Shown one piece after another: positions 13,189-27,200 of a stretch of DNA of 64,000 nt (position 1 is its first letter; each line of letters opens with the position of its first letter). The notes under the pieces were generated by a model, which saw nothing but the letters and a program-made list of their open reading frames with translations, was not told the origin of the DNA and did not search any database. A program made the position numbers and the translations under genes. The stretch is taken from the NCBI GenBank assembly GCA_012295275.1, contig CM022673.1, positions 25,296,001-25,360,000 on the forward strand. Reading direction: 5' to 3'. Source of the DNA: Chrysomallon squamiferum. Lineage: Eukaryota; Animalia; Mollusca.

Positions 13189-16100
13189 TCAGCTTTCATC
13201 TTCATCAGATTTGACTACTTTGCTTCCCTGCAAAAATTTTTAAAATATATTAATAATAATAATAATAATATTAAATGTTTTTTAAAAAACATTTTTTTTA
13301 ATTATTACCTCCAAATGAAAATTTCCACATAATTATTGGATTTTAATTAATACACATTAGAAATACCAACAGATATCATAAATAAGATATTTTTGCTGTT
13401 GTAAATCCAGAAATTTGGAGGTGTTTTTTTTTTTTTTTTTTTTTTCTTCTGAAATTCTGTTATTTATTATGGAAATTTGTATTTGAAAATCTGGTGGTTA
13501 TTAATAAATGCTAACAACTTAAAATTACAGTATAAATGTATTTAAAAACAAGAAAAATAGCATTACATAAAATTTAAATAGACATTATATAATTACAACA
13601 AGCAACTAATAAATTAATGTAGTTATTAATCTTATATATATTTGCAAAAGGCACTAAATGTATATGCTACAAACTAAAATTAATAATAGCTTAGTTTTTA
13701 GTTTCACTAAAATTGAAAGTTATATTTTTTGAAAGAATTAGTATTAGTGTTACATTCAAAGTGGAAAACAAAATGACAACCTTTTTTTTTTTTTAAAGTA
13801 GGAAAGAAAAAGTATTTAGTAAATGTTATTGCATTTCAATGAATTAAATTAGTATTATAGGCAGCTTTTTGGGAGAGGGTGTTAAATATAAATTACACAT
13901 AACCTAAAAGACTAAAAGCAAAAATTCTTTAGGTTTTGAAAGAGATCGATCCAGTTTTAGGATCCTTTATTGAAATAATTTAAATAAATGTCTATGGAGT
14001 TTATATACCTGAACATTAGAACTGATCACTGTATCAGAAATATTTACTTCACTGTATTCATGTGTTATAATATGATTGGCCATAAAGAATTCATCATGCA
14101 CTTCTGCCTATGAGAACAAAACTAAATTACACCTTAGGAAACAAATTAAATCATATGTAAAATGACACACTTTAAAAATAATAATAATAATGAAATAAAT
14201 AAATATTATTCTTATCTGTAATTTTATTACCTGCTTTATAAAGAATGCAACAGTAAGTAATATTTGTAACTACAAATGCCTGAATTACCATTTCACAATG
14301 GATTATTTTTATATCAAAGACAAAAATGCAAAATAAATTAAAAAATATTTCTTAAAAAAAACAAAAATGTTCAGCTAAACCATGAGTTCATCAAAATTAA
14401 TTTAAATTCATTAACTAATTATTTTATAAATATTATCTATGATCCACCATTAAAAAAAACCCTGAAATATTCTTCAAAATACATCTAATAATTGTTTTTA
14501 CCTGATTTAGTTTCACAGGGGAAACCACTGATGCAATGTTCTTGAGTTTATTGGACAGAGATGCTGCAAAGCTTTTTGGTAAGTTAAAATGTGGCAGAGG
14601 TTTACTTTCAGCAGAATCGGTTTTCCTTTCAGATGAAGAAGAAACTGATTCCAGCTCTGGATGAACATTACAAAAGGCACTGAAAACGTTTCTCTCTTCC
14701 TTTGTTGGAGACATGTTGGAGCCACTCAGACTGGAATGTTTTTCCGCTGAAATGTTTTTCTGTACAGCTGTTTCAGTATCTGCTTTCTTTGCAGCTTCCG
14801 TGGATGGACTTTTTAATGATACACCACATTTGTGAGATATTACCGTTCTGATACACTCCATGCTTTTTTCACTATTATTCTTTTTCAAACAATCTTGAAC
14901 TGGTTTTGAAGTTTTTGCAAATCCTACATTTGAGAATTCTGGTAAAACTGGACGTTTAAAAGTACATAAATCTGTGTCTCTTGATGCTGCAGTTTGTACT
15001 TTATCAAGAGAAATTTCTGAATGAATGGGCAGCCTAGAAGTGGCTTTAAGATCTGCACATGTTGCTCTATTTGATGTTTTGATTTTTGCCAAGTCAATTT
15101 TAGGTTCTGAATCTTCGGTAGGTACATTATTGTCAAGGTCACTTTGATCAGAACTGGTTTTGTCCAATGAAATACTGGTTTCATTAATTTCACTTTCAGT
15201 GGTTATAATATTTTCAGTGTACACTTCTATTTCCTCACACAGTTCTTGATCTGCTACAGTTTCCTTACTGTCTGAATAATGATCTCCCTCAACTGATACC
15301 TCTGCTTTCTCACTCCCAGAAGTTTCAGCAGAAAGAAATGTTTCTGCTTCATCTGCAATACTATCCTTTGACGCTGAAGTGCTTGCATTAGTATCAGAGA
15401 GTAATTTTGTATCACATTCACCAATGCTGTCAGAGTCCACAGAATCAAAACTGCCTTTCACATTTTCAACTTTTGAATCACTTTCTTGTTTTGTCTGTTC
15501 TTTAACAATGCCCTTTTTAGTCAGATTGACATGATGAGGATACCGATACAAAGATACAGTAACATCTTTAAGTTTGTGACATGATTTAGTTAAAAGAGAT
15601 GTATTTTCTGCATTCTGGCTGTCAGTATTTGTGTTATTTTCAGGAGCATCACAGATATTATCTTCAGATTTCAGATCAATTTCTTTGTTCTCACACATAT
15701 GAGAATCCTCCTTTGCATCAATTTGTAAGTTACCTGAATGGGTATTGACTATTAAGCTAGGTTGTGTTTTTTCTTTATTAACATCTGCAAACTGGTCATA
15801 AGACATTTCAAGCTCTCTTGAATTGTCTTTTATTGGTTCCTGAGATATACTTTTATTCTGTTCTTGGTTTTTTGTGGCTTCTGTTTCTTCTTTACTTTTG
15901 GAAATAACACAGGTGAATGAAGAATTATTTTGATCATCTTTAGTTAATTCATCAGTCACTGAATCTCTCCTTTCCATAACATCAACTTTAGTTTTATTGT
16001 TTTCACTTTGATTTTCTTCTTTTAGGTCATCTTTCATTATAATATCCTTATTTTCAGAATTATCTTCACTTTTGATGTTTGAAGCTTTTGTTTCAGGCTT

Positions 16101-19100
16101 AGTTATATCATTTTCACTTTCAAACATGTCATTTACATCTTCTTTTTTATCCTTTTCAAAATTATCTTTTGCATCTTCATTTCCACCTTTTCTTAATTTG
16201 TCTTCTTCAATATTAACTGAAGATGTAAGATTAGAATCTTCTTTAACTAGAATGTCTTGTTTTTCTGATAATTCTGTTTTTGCATTCTCAGGTAGTTTAG
16301 CTGACTCTGTTTCTTTCATTATATTTTCAACAATGCTCTTCTCATCAACATTTTCAGCTTTAAATACTTCTGTACCTTCCTGAGACAAACCATCACAACT
16401 CAAAATATCTGTCTGTTTTTCATCACTGTTAGCTGTATCCTCTGATTCTGTTATGTCAGAATTATATGAAACATTAATATTTTCACCTTCCAGTTTTGCT
16501 TCCTGAATTAATTTATGCAAGGTACCTGTTGGTTCCTGATCATTCATAGGCATTTCCTTTGTAAGTCTTTCTACAGAAGTTTCCTGAGACAATGCATCCT
16601 GTTGCAGAGTACTTGTCTGTTTCTCATCATTGCTATTTGTCTCCTCTGACTCTGCTCTTGTTTCATCAACATTTTCCTTTGGAACTTCTTCTACAAAAGC
16701 TTCCTCAGACAATTCATCCTGTTCCACAGTACTTGTCTGTTTCTCATCATTGCTAGTTGTCTCCTCTGATTCTGCTCTTATTTCATCAACATTTTCCTTT
16801 GTAAGTTTTTCTACAGAAGTTTCCTGAGACAATTCCTGCTGTTGCACAGTACTTTCCTGTTTTTGTTCACTGCTAGTTGTCTCCTTTGACTCTGATGTTA
16901 TTTCATCAGAAGTCTTTACTCCTGGTGGACTCTTTGAAGACTTTGCTGCTAGGGATGAAGCTGTTGACACAAATTCTTTTTTACATTCGGGCAGTTTCAC
17001 TGGTGAATAAATTTTGGTCCTTGTCCCAGTTTTCACCTGTGCTCCAGCTTTCAGTGGTAAAGAAACTTTCGCATTAAATGACAGTTTAGATGCCGACGAT
17101 ATTTTTGTGTGCACAGTGGATGCATTTGAACTGGAATCAATTTCAAAATTAATTGGCTTTCTCAGACCCATTTGAATACCTCTAACCATGACTTTTGGTA
17201 AATTTCTAACATGTAATTTCTCAGTATTTACAATCTTATCTTCACAAGAATTTTTTATTGTTGTTGGGGGAGGTGAAACACTAAAAGATGATCCAGAAGG
17301 AGATGTCACAGCAGCAGAATCATCTGATGCAGTACCAGACATGTTTATATTATCATCAGTTGTATCCTTTGAGAAAACTGAGGGAGCAAATGTGACAGAT
17401 TTTTTCTTTTTAGCACTAGATGTATCTTTTACAACAACAATTGATTTTGGTATTTTTGTTTCACTCAAGTTTGTTGTTTCTTTAGAAGGTGCTGGTGATG
17501 CTGCTGATGGTAACACAGTTGAACTTGGAATGTTTACCGACTTCAGTTTAGTGCCAGACAAATTTTTAACAATCTTTCCAGAATCTCCTTTGCTAACAAT
17601 ACTTGTTACAACTAAACTCTGTTTACCTGATTTAATATCAGTTGAGAGTTTTGCTTTTTTGATACTATCTGGCAGTAGCGGTGAACCAGCATCTTGATTA
17701 GTAAACTGAAAATCATCAGAAAATTTACGCTTGATTGAACTGAATGTGGATGATGATACAGTATTCAAGTTGTCATCAGATGTGAGCTCCTCTTCCTCAT
17801 CAGAATCAGTAATGTGACGCCTGGCTAATTTTGGGACAAACTGAGTCTGACTTTCTGGTTGTTTAATTGCACCCTCTCTTGCAAGCTTAGGAATAGCATC
17901 ATCATCTACTGGAACCTCAGCTGCAGGTACTTCTGGTTCTATGTCCACTCTTTCCAATGTTGGAGGTGAACTGTCTTCTTCATTTTCCAGTTCATCAGCA
18001 AAGAAATCAGATTCATATCCTCGTCTCAGCTGTTTTTCTGAACATTCATTTTTAGGCATTCTAGGTTTACTTTCTTTCAAAGTAGGTTCATCTGAACTTA
18101 TTTTAGGTTCAGAACTATTATCTGAAGTCTTATCAAAAGGTATAGTCTCTGAAAGTGTTTCAGAATTATCTGAATCTGCTGGAACTTGTTGTGTGGATGT
18201 ATTTTCTACACCAATCCCAGCCAGCAGATCAGTACTTTCTACTGGTTTAACCGCTTCTGTTCTGGCACCAATATCTGCCAGAATATTGTCATCTTTAGAT
18301 TTGTCTGATTCTTTCATAGTGCCAGTTTCTTTTTCATCATTCTTCTGACTAGTGGTTTCACATTTAGTCTTTTCCTCAGTGGATTTTTGTGAAGTAACTT
18401 TTGTTGGTAACTTAAGGTTACCTAAGTGTATAACCTCATTTCCTTTTGGTGTTTTTACCACAATTGATGTTTTACCTTGAGACTGGAACTTTTTAAAATC
18501 TTCCAAGCTCATTTTGATAATTCTTGTTTTTGGTGATGTCATCTCCACAGTTCCGGTTGGTGTTACATGCTTTTTATCTGGTGAAACTGTTCTGGTTTTT
18601 GAGGAACGACATGGTTCCCAAGTATACTTGTACTGTCTTTGATTAGCCTTCTGAGCTTCTCTTTCCTGGATTCTATGATGCAAAGGTAATGACTCCAATT
18701 CGGGGTCATTTTTTGTTTCTCCATTAACAGGAGAAATGCATGATGATGACTTGACTTTGTATCCAGTGAAGGAATGACTGGGTTTGGAAAGATCCATTTT
18801 GGATTCCAGAGAAATTCCAGATCTTGCAAGTTTTATTAGTTCAGACCTGGACTTGCAGTTGAAAGTTTTCAACAGTTTTTGTTCTTCTGTTTCCTCAGTA
18901 TTTTGTTCTTTTTCCTGCCTCCAACTATATTTGGATACTCTGCGTCTGGTAGAAATCATGGCACCCTGGTAGTGTGATTCAGTGTGATCACGTATTTTCA
19001 GGGCTGGATAGACAATTTGGGTTCTAGATGAATGTTTACCACGTGCTTTAAAAGACTGCTCATCCTGAAAAAAAAAAAAAAAAAAATATGAGAGGTATTT

Positions 19101-20081
19101 GATCAAGCAATTTTTTTATCTTTAGTAAAATTATAATCTTACCTTTAAGAAATCTAATGCAAAATGTTTTGTTATAATTGGTGATTTTAAAATAGACTGT
19201 AGAAGAATTTTTTTTTTTTAAAATTCAGCTGAGAATAAACCTTTTGACGATTAAATAATGTAAAACAGCACTCACTGAATCAGTACATCTAGGACAGTGC
19301 CAACTTCCAGAAGGGATTTCACTCAATGGTGGAATTAAACAATAAGTATGGAAAGCATCATCACAGTTATCACACAGTAACATACAATCTTCACCATCAC
19401 CTCGACCACACATGTAACATTCATAGAGGTCAACCTGAAAGAGATGACAACATGAACTTACCCTTTCTGATGTGACTTAATTATAGTTCTTGGTTTAAAA
19501 AATATAATAAATAAATTTAAAAAAGAATGCATAGCTAAGGAACTTGATTTTGGCGACACCACTAAGACTGAAATGTTTCTAAGTGCAGCATAGAAATATT
19601 GTTTACCACCAAGATTCAAGGTAACAAGATTAACATTTACAAAATGTTAATAAATTTTGTTATATTTTTTAAAATATTTAGGCTATGACACTTTTTTATA
19701 ATTCATTTAAAATAACTAAATTATATAATTTTCTTTCCATACAAACTGCCAATAAAATGAATCTTGTAGTTAATCAACAAGATTAATCTGGAGTACAGCA
19801 TATTAGTATCTGGTTCAATAAACCTCTCTCTAACTATATCTAAACTAAATTTTAAAAACCCATTTTATTTGTCTGAAACTTACAAAGTCATCAATATATT
19901 GCTTTTGTCTCATGCTGGCTTTTCTTCTTGGGTGTTTTCTTTCCTCATCTTCTTCACAGATGTAATCTTCATCTGGTTCAGCAAATTTCTCAGGTAAATA
20001 CTGCCTCACTCGGTTATTAAATAACCTTTCCAATGTCTGAGACATGTAGGTAAAATCTTTTTAAAAAATAACAAAAAATAA

Positions 20082-20120
<39 letters not shown>

Positions 20121-20893
20121 CAAAAAATAATAAATAAATAAATAAATAAATAAATAAGTTTAATTATTATTATAATTATCATTATTCAGAAAAATTACCT
20201 TGCACAATTTGTAATTTGTTATAAAATATTTCTTATTCTTGTATGTTTGATATTTATGTTCTTATAAAAAAATGAACAGAAGAAAAGAAAAAAACAGAAA
20301 AAAAAACAGAAGAGTTACTAACCAAAGGTTAAAGAAGTATATCATTCCACTATTCCCAAATAGTTTCATCACTGTATATAGACCAAAAACAATAAACTTT
20401 AAAATAATAATAGTTCTTAAAAAGCCTGTTAAATAATGAAAATGTTATCTTTAATCTAGAATCAACAAATGAAAGAGAGGAAGTAAATTACCACTATCCG
20501 GTCCATTGTATTTCTCACAGTTATCAAACATAAGTCTGAAGTCTTCAATGAATTCTTCTCGTGAAGTGTATTCATTTCTATACAGTTTCTTTTCAATTGT
20601 GTTTAAATCAATTGGATTCTAAAATAAAAAAAGATTTTACTAATATGGCATGAACAGTTTTCAACAAATAAAGGTAGTTGGAAAGAAAAAGCAATTACAT
20701 TGAGTTTTAAAATGTTTTTCATTTATTAAATAATAAAGATAGATGAAAGACACAAATAAAATTTGATTTTAAAATGAACATCCATTTCTTTTTAGTAAAA
20801 TGTATTCAAAATATCTTATTATAAATACATACAGCTTACATTTTTAAGACACATTAACCACAGACAATTTTATTAAAAAAATATTCTTGAAAA

Positions 20894-20929
<36 letters not shown>

Positions 20930-21238
20930 ATGTGACATGACAATTCACTGTTAAATATCTTAAGCTGTAAGTATTAGTCATTACTATGATACCTTGATTA
21001 TGTCATAGTAGTCTGGGACAGTCTCTGTATTTACTGGTTCCCAGAATGGCCAGGAATCATTATGATTTTTAATGGCTTTCAGCACTGAAAAAGAAACATG
21101 AAAATTACCTGAAATCTAAATGTTACATATTGACAATGTACCCATAGAAACAAAAATATCCAGTTAGTGAATATACTTCAAATTCTACTATCTACATAGC
21201 AAAAGAAAAACAGTGTTCACTGACAAATAGACTGCAAG

Positions 21239-21276
<38 letters not shown>

Positions 21277-24200
21277 ATAAAACAAATGAGCATACCTTTC
21301 TTCATTCCTGAGAATACATCACTGTCTATATCTCCGTATCTGAAACAAAACACAATAATGATAATTAAACAATGAAAAAGAATGCTTATAAAAATATTTT
21401 GTTTTTCAAAAAATAAATTTAAGAAAATTTATAAAAAGTCTTCAAAACTGAATTTATTGCAATTAAATTTGAAATTTTTAAAAACTTTAAAACAAACCCA
21501 GAATCATTTTTCCCATGATTTGTTCCATCAATATTCATCAAATGTGGTGGAATTTCTTTTCCTTCTGCAATCAGTCTGGCACGTTCTTCCCTTAGCTGAA
21601 CTCTTCTAGCACGTTCTGTAATAAATAATTAGATAAAAATTAAATCATACAGCTTTTTTAAGGAGCTGAAATGAATAATCTAATAAATAAGAATGTGCTT
21701 TGAGAAGTAAAACAGAATAATGAAAATACAATAATAGAAAAATAAATACTTTTATTTATCTTGTTACCTAAACCTTTAGTTACATAATTTTATATTTTTT
21801 TCAGAGAATATTTTCAACAGCATACCAATATAAAATTTCTTCAGTTGAAATGCAGAAATTATATTTTTTTTAAACATTTCACTACAGTGTAACTGTGGTA
21901 CTACATTACCTGCACTAGCCCTCTCTCTTTCTTCTCGTTGCTTTTCTCTCATTCTTTCTCTTTCTTCTCTCTGTCGTCTCTGAATTTCTAATTTCTCTTC
22001 TTCTAATCTCTTTCTTCGTTCTTCTTCTTCAAGCTGTTTTTGTTTATCTTCTTCTGGGTTATCCTGGAAAAGTAGTTTATTGCATAAAGCAAAATTTAAA
22101 TGACGTCAGGAAACAAACATTTTGAAATATTACTGGTTAAATCAATTTAAATATATACTGCTGACTTAAAAATAGTTTATAATTTAGATACATTAAAAAT
22201 AAAATAAAAGCCCTTTATTTTTATGGATTCAGTAGGATTTTATGAAGTTACTCATAATTGTTAGGTAAGGTGGTAATTAATATTATATTCTCTACATAAT
22301 ACACATACCTGATGCTTCATTTGTTTCTTCTGCTCTAATCTATAAGAGGTCCGACGTGGTAAACTCTCAAGCAAACGCTTCTTCAATTCCTTTTCCTAGA
22401 AATATGATTTTTAAAAGTTTAAAAAATTAAAAAATAGCATAATATAACTTTTATTTAATTTAACTTTTACCATGAAAATCCACATGATAATTAAGAACTC
22501 CTGTCACATTTTCTTTTGTTTTCTCATTACCTGAAGTATTATTTAAACTTATAAACAAATAGCACATCTGCCAAATTGAAACTGGTGTCTATTAAAAACC
22601 AAACTAATTCATTTCTGCAATTGGCATACAAAATATCAATAGACTAAGTGTAAGTAACCTCTGTGAGGTTATGGGCTACATTTGATCAGACTGAGTGAAG
22701 TCAGATTTGTTTTTACACTGGGACAATTACAAAAAAACATTGTTTTATAAATTAATAGGAAGATAGGTTCCTTTATTTATTTATTTTGTTTTGTTAGTTC
22801 TTTTTTTCTTTTTGTTTGTTTATTTGGTTTTTAATGGCTATCAAAAACAACTTTAAAAATGTCTTGATTGATGCTTATAAGAAAAACGATAACTCAGTTT
22901 TTAATCAATATTGTAAACTGACTATATGCATGTTTTACATTAGTAAGTAATTATTCTTTCAATAAATAATGAATTGTTCATAAAATTATTATTTTAAATT
23001 GAAAAACAAAACAAAAAACATTCTGTTCTGTTGTTTATTTATTTATTTATTTTTTTTATATGCAAGGAACAGGATGTCCATTTGGCAAAAAATTATCCTG
23101 AAAATTCATTTATTAACCTATTGCGTAGAAAGATATATATTATTGATCATGTTTCTTTAGTGAAAATTGCTAAGTAAAATGTTTAAAAATAATCTACACA
23201 CCTTATTTTTAAATAACACACTAATAACATACACAAACACCTGCATTAAAAATTTCTATTCACTGATAGAAATATCAAAAACATTCTTGACCAACAAAAG
23301 AATTGAATATGACCAGATGGAAAAAAGATTTTTGCCAGAGGTGACAAGTCAGTGCCACAAATAAAATTCTATTGACAATTGACCTGTGGCCAAAACTAAC
23401 TGGTTTGTCTCTTAAGATTTTAACAATGCATTCCTTCATGCCAAGAGAGAAAAAAGAGACAAGAAAGCAAAAAGAAAACCAGGGACAGGACAATGACTGA
23501 CCACTAGTTGGCACCTCTAGACACACATCAAAGCACAAAGCAACCATCCCTGAAACATTATTGGATTTAGGTAGTAAACAATAGTGGACCCCCCCATCAG
23601 TCAATATGGCTCCGTTAGAAAAAAGAACTAGTGACAGTTTTCACCTCAGAGTAAACTTTGTCTCAATACTATGGTAATTGAAAACGGATTCTGGCTTTGG
23701 ACACCCCAGGATTTTTCTCATAAAGAAGTTGTGCTTGAACAAGTAAATTGACCAGCCTGCTGCTGCACGATTACTCTCAAATGGCTGCTGCCTCCATACA
23801 AAGTGCCTGTTAACTGTTTGATTAGGCCACTGAGATCAGATACATCACAACAGCCTGAACAAGAGAGGATCATTAGAATTTTCTTTTAAGACCCACACAT
23901 TCCTCAACACAATTGCCCTGTCAATTTGTTTGCCAATGGCTGCAACAGGTATAATTATCACACAGAGCAAAGAACTTGATTTGCTGTTAGAAAAGCTAGC
24001 AGTACCCTACTCAGAGGCCAGTATTTAGTCTCTTCACACTGAAATAAAAATTACTAGAAATACTTTTGAAGGGACAGAACATGTAGGCTGTTTCTTGGAA
24101 TGGAAAACTAAAATTGTGGATATCAGTATTGAATCATGTATTCCATATACAAAAAGAAACTGACTGTAAAATGATTTGGTGATATTCTTTGAAGTAAATC

Positions 24201-27200
24201 TTTGACAAAATCAAATAACAGATAAACATCTGGATCAATTAATTATGAATATAGTAGATATATTTATCAAGTTTGTGGTATTAAGTGCTTTTATGCTGCA
24301 AAAATGTTTGATAATTTCAACACAAGAAATAAACAGTAATTCTACAAATGTGTCAAGTAAAAGATGCATCAAATATTCAAACAGAGCAATTGTCAAGTGC
24401 ATGCAGACATTTGTATCAAGTTCTACTTCTTATAAAGATGCCAAACAACAAAAGATGGAATCACAGAAGCTTCTGTTAAAACACCTTTGTTTGTAAGTAG
24501 ACATTTTCTATTGTTATTTACTCAGTTACTGTCATTTATTAATAAAGAATACTGTTTTTTGACAAAAATAAAAATAAATTACTTGGATTAAATAACTGAA
24601 TTTGAATGGCAGTTTTGATCATGTTTGTGAACAACAATTTACAGCCACACTGCATAACATCAACTTTTGCTGATTTTCTTTTTGCACACTTTTTAAAAGT
24701 ACATCCTCAGCTACTCAGAATATTCAGAAACATTTCCAATTTTCACTTACAAAATATGAAAACATAAAAACTAAAAATATGACCAAACATTTATAAATTA
24801 CAGTATTTGCATATTTAAAGCCAGTGTTAAAGTATTCTTTTTCAGTAATAATACTAATGAATGAAATTGGCTTACTGATAAATAATCTTTTTTTATACAT
24901 CAGTCTGTATATAAGGAGAAAATTCATTTTATTAAACACACTCAATTTTTATAAATATTATAAAATGATATAGAAATCTGGCACAAAATTATCCAACCAT
25001 TTATAAAAATGATTTGAATAAATAGAAGTAATTTTTTTCTCATTCAAAATGAAATGCTAGATATCTTAGAAGTCATCTTTTGGATAAATTTGTCTTTAAG
25101 TGTGTTGTTTTACAACACTTTTTAATTAGAAGTTTACTATTTCAAAAGCGATAAAAATAAAGTACTGTTTTAATGATGTTCAAACAATTAAATAAAATAG
25201 TTAGCAATATGATAAATTTAAGAAATATTTTTTCTTACTTTTTTTGCCATAATTAACAAAGTTGTTTTTCAACAATGATTATTAGAAAATATCAAATATA
25301 ACTGATCCATGAATTCAAGTTGTATTTTAAAATGGTTTCATTTATTTATTATTACAGTGAATACGAGAAGATGCTGCAATGTCTACATTCATCACTGACT
25401 AACTGTCGCACACTACAAAATATTCAACAAGTTCAATTTAAACTCGGAAACAAGTGGGTGAAAAAAGTAAACACTCTCTGCATCATTCATTCAGCAGATA
25501 TTAACAAAATGGATGTCAACCAGACAAATGTTAGAGAAGAAACTTATGAGAAAGAAAATCAACAAGTCATTGAACCAACTGAAAATGCAAAGGACAATTC
25601 AGAATCAAACAATCTCCCACAATATGGAAAAAGGATAAATGTTTGGAAAGAAATTCAAAAGATCCACTGGAGGAAGACAATGAAAAACAAATTAAGACAC
25701 ATGTTTAACAGAAAACAATTTGGCATTTTTGGTATAGTCAATAAACAAAGTCAAAGAACAACAGGGGAAGAAAAAATTATTTCTGACAGATCTTCAAGTA
25801 GTGATATTAGTAAAATAACAAACCCATCTTTCATAGTAACCTATTTTATAATTCTGGCTTTTCTGTTGTCCTAAACAGTGAATGACTAATTATGAAATAA
25901 ATCCTTTTTGTTTCAAACTGTATTTCAATGATATTATATATTACAAATTGCACTGTCTTAATAAAATGTAAAAGTTTCATTGTTTGTATGTTTATATATT
26001 ATTTGTAAATAAAATATTAAATTTGAGTTTTGTACTAGTTTTAATGACTAACACTTTTAATAAATTTGCAATGGAAATATTTTTTAATATATTTAAAAAA
26101 TATCTGGAACATTATTTTTTTTTGACTTTGACTATATTTTAATATTTAATAGATCAGGAAGAAATAAATTTTAATATAAAGGATGAGGTTCAAATTCAGA
26201 TAATTCAGAGAAATCTAGTTCATCTGTCTTAATAAAATGTAAAAATTTCTACTGGCTAGATTTTCTTTATCAACATGCTTGTAATAATATATTACAGTAA
26301 AAAAAAAATTGTATTTAATTTCGATTAATAATTATTCACAAAATATTATCTATGTCTGAAACCTCCTAAATTATACAAATTAGAAATGTACTGTAATCAT
26401 AAGTTAAAAAAAAAAAAAAAGAGAGAAAAGATTATAAGAATAAATGCTGTGAGTACTTACCTGCTCTTCAATAATACGAGGAATTTCTGGTAAGAAGTCT
26501 TCAGAGAGTGTTTTGAAGAGTACTTTTTCACAACGAACTGTAGCATCTTTGAATTTTTCAACCAATGTTTGCCAGTCTTCAAGTGTGCTACATATCACAT
26601 GCCATCTTGTTATGACTGGTATATCATCTTTATAAACTGAAATTTTTGGTGGAGTAGACACAGGTTTTTGTTGTAATTCAGTGGTATCCAAATTAAATTC
26701 TTCAGGAATAGATTTACTTTCATCAAGATCCATTTCAGACTCTTTCTCATCTTGCTGAATATCCAATTCTTTTTGTGCTTGTTGAATATCTGATTCTTTC
26801 TGTTCTTGCTGAATATCCGATTCTTTCTGTGCTTGCTGAATATCTGATTCTTTCTGATCTTGCTGAATATCCAATTCTTTCTGTTCTTGCTGAATATCCA
26901 ATTCTTTCTGTTCTTGCTGAATATCTGATTCTTTCTGCTCTTGTTGAATATCTGATTCTTTCTGCTCTTGTTGAATATCCAATTCTTTCTGTTCTGGTTG
27001 AATATCCGATTCTTTCTGTTCTTGCTGAATGTCAATTTTTTTCTGTTCTTGACATGTATCAGATTCTTTTTCATTGTGCTGAATAACCAGTTCTTTCTGA
27101 TCTTCATTAATGTATGTTTCTTTCTCATCGGGCTGAATGTCACATTCTGTCTCATGCTCAACATCAGATTCATCATCATGCTGAACATCTAATTTGTTTT

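Noticed and set aside
16072-18972. Plus-strand ORFs of 62-169 aa opposite the large CECR2 exon
   Set aside because: S/F/L-rich antisense shadows of E/K/S-biased coding sequence, with no recognisable motifs.
23275-23604. 109-aa minus-strand ORF in CECR2 intron 7
   Set aside because: No family motifs; the flanking CECR2 exons join in phase without it.
26737-27033. Regularly spaced repeats resembling a CRISPR array
   Set aside because: No unique spacers; it is a coding minisatellite in a spliceosomal gene.
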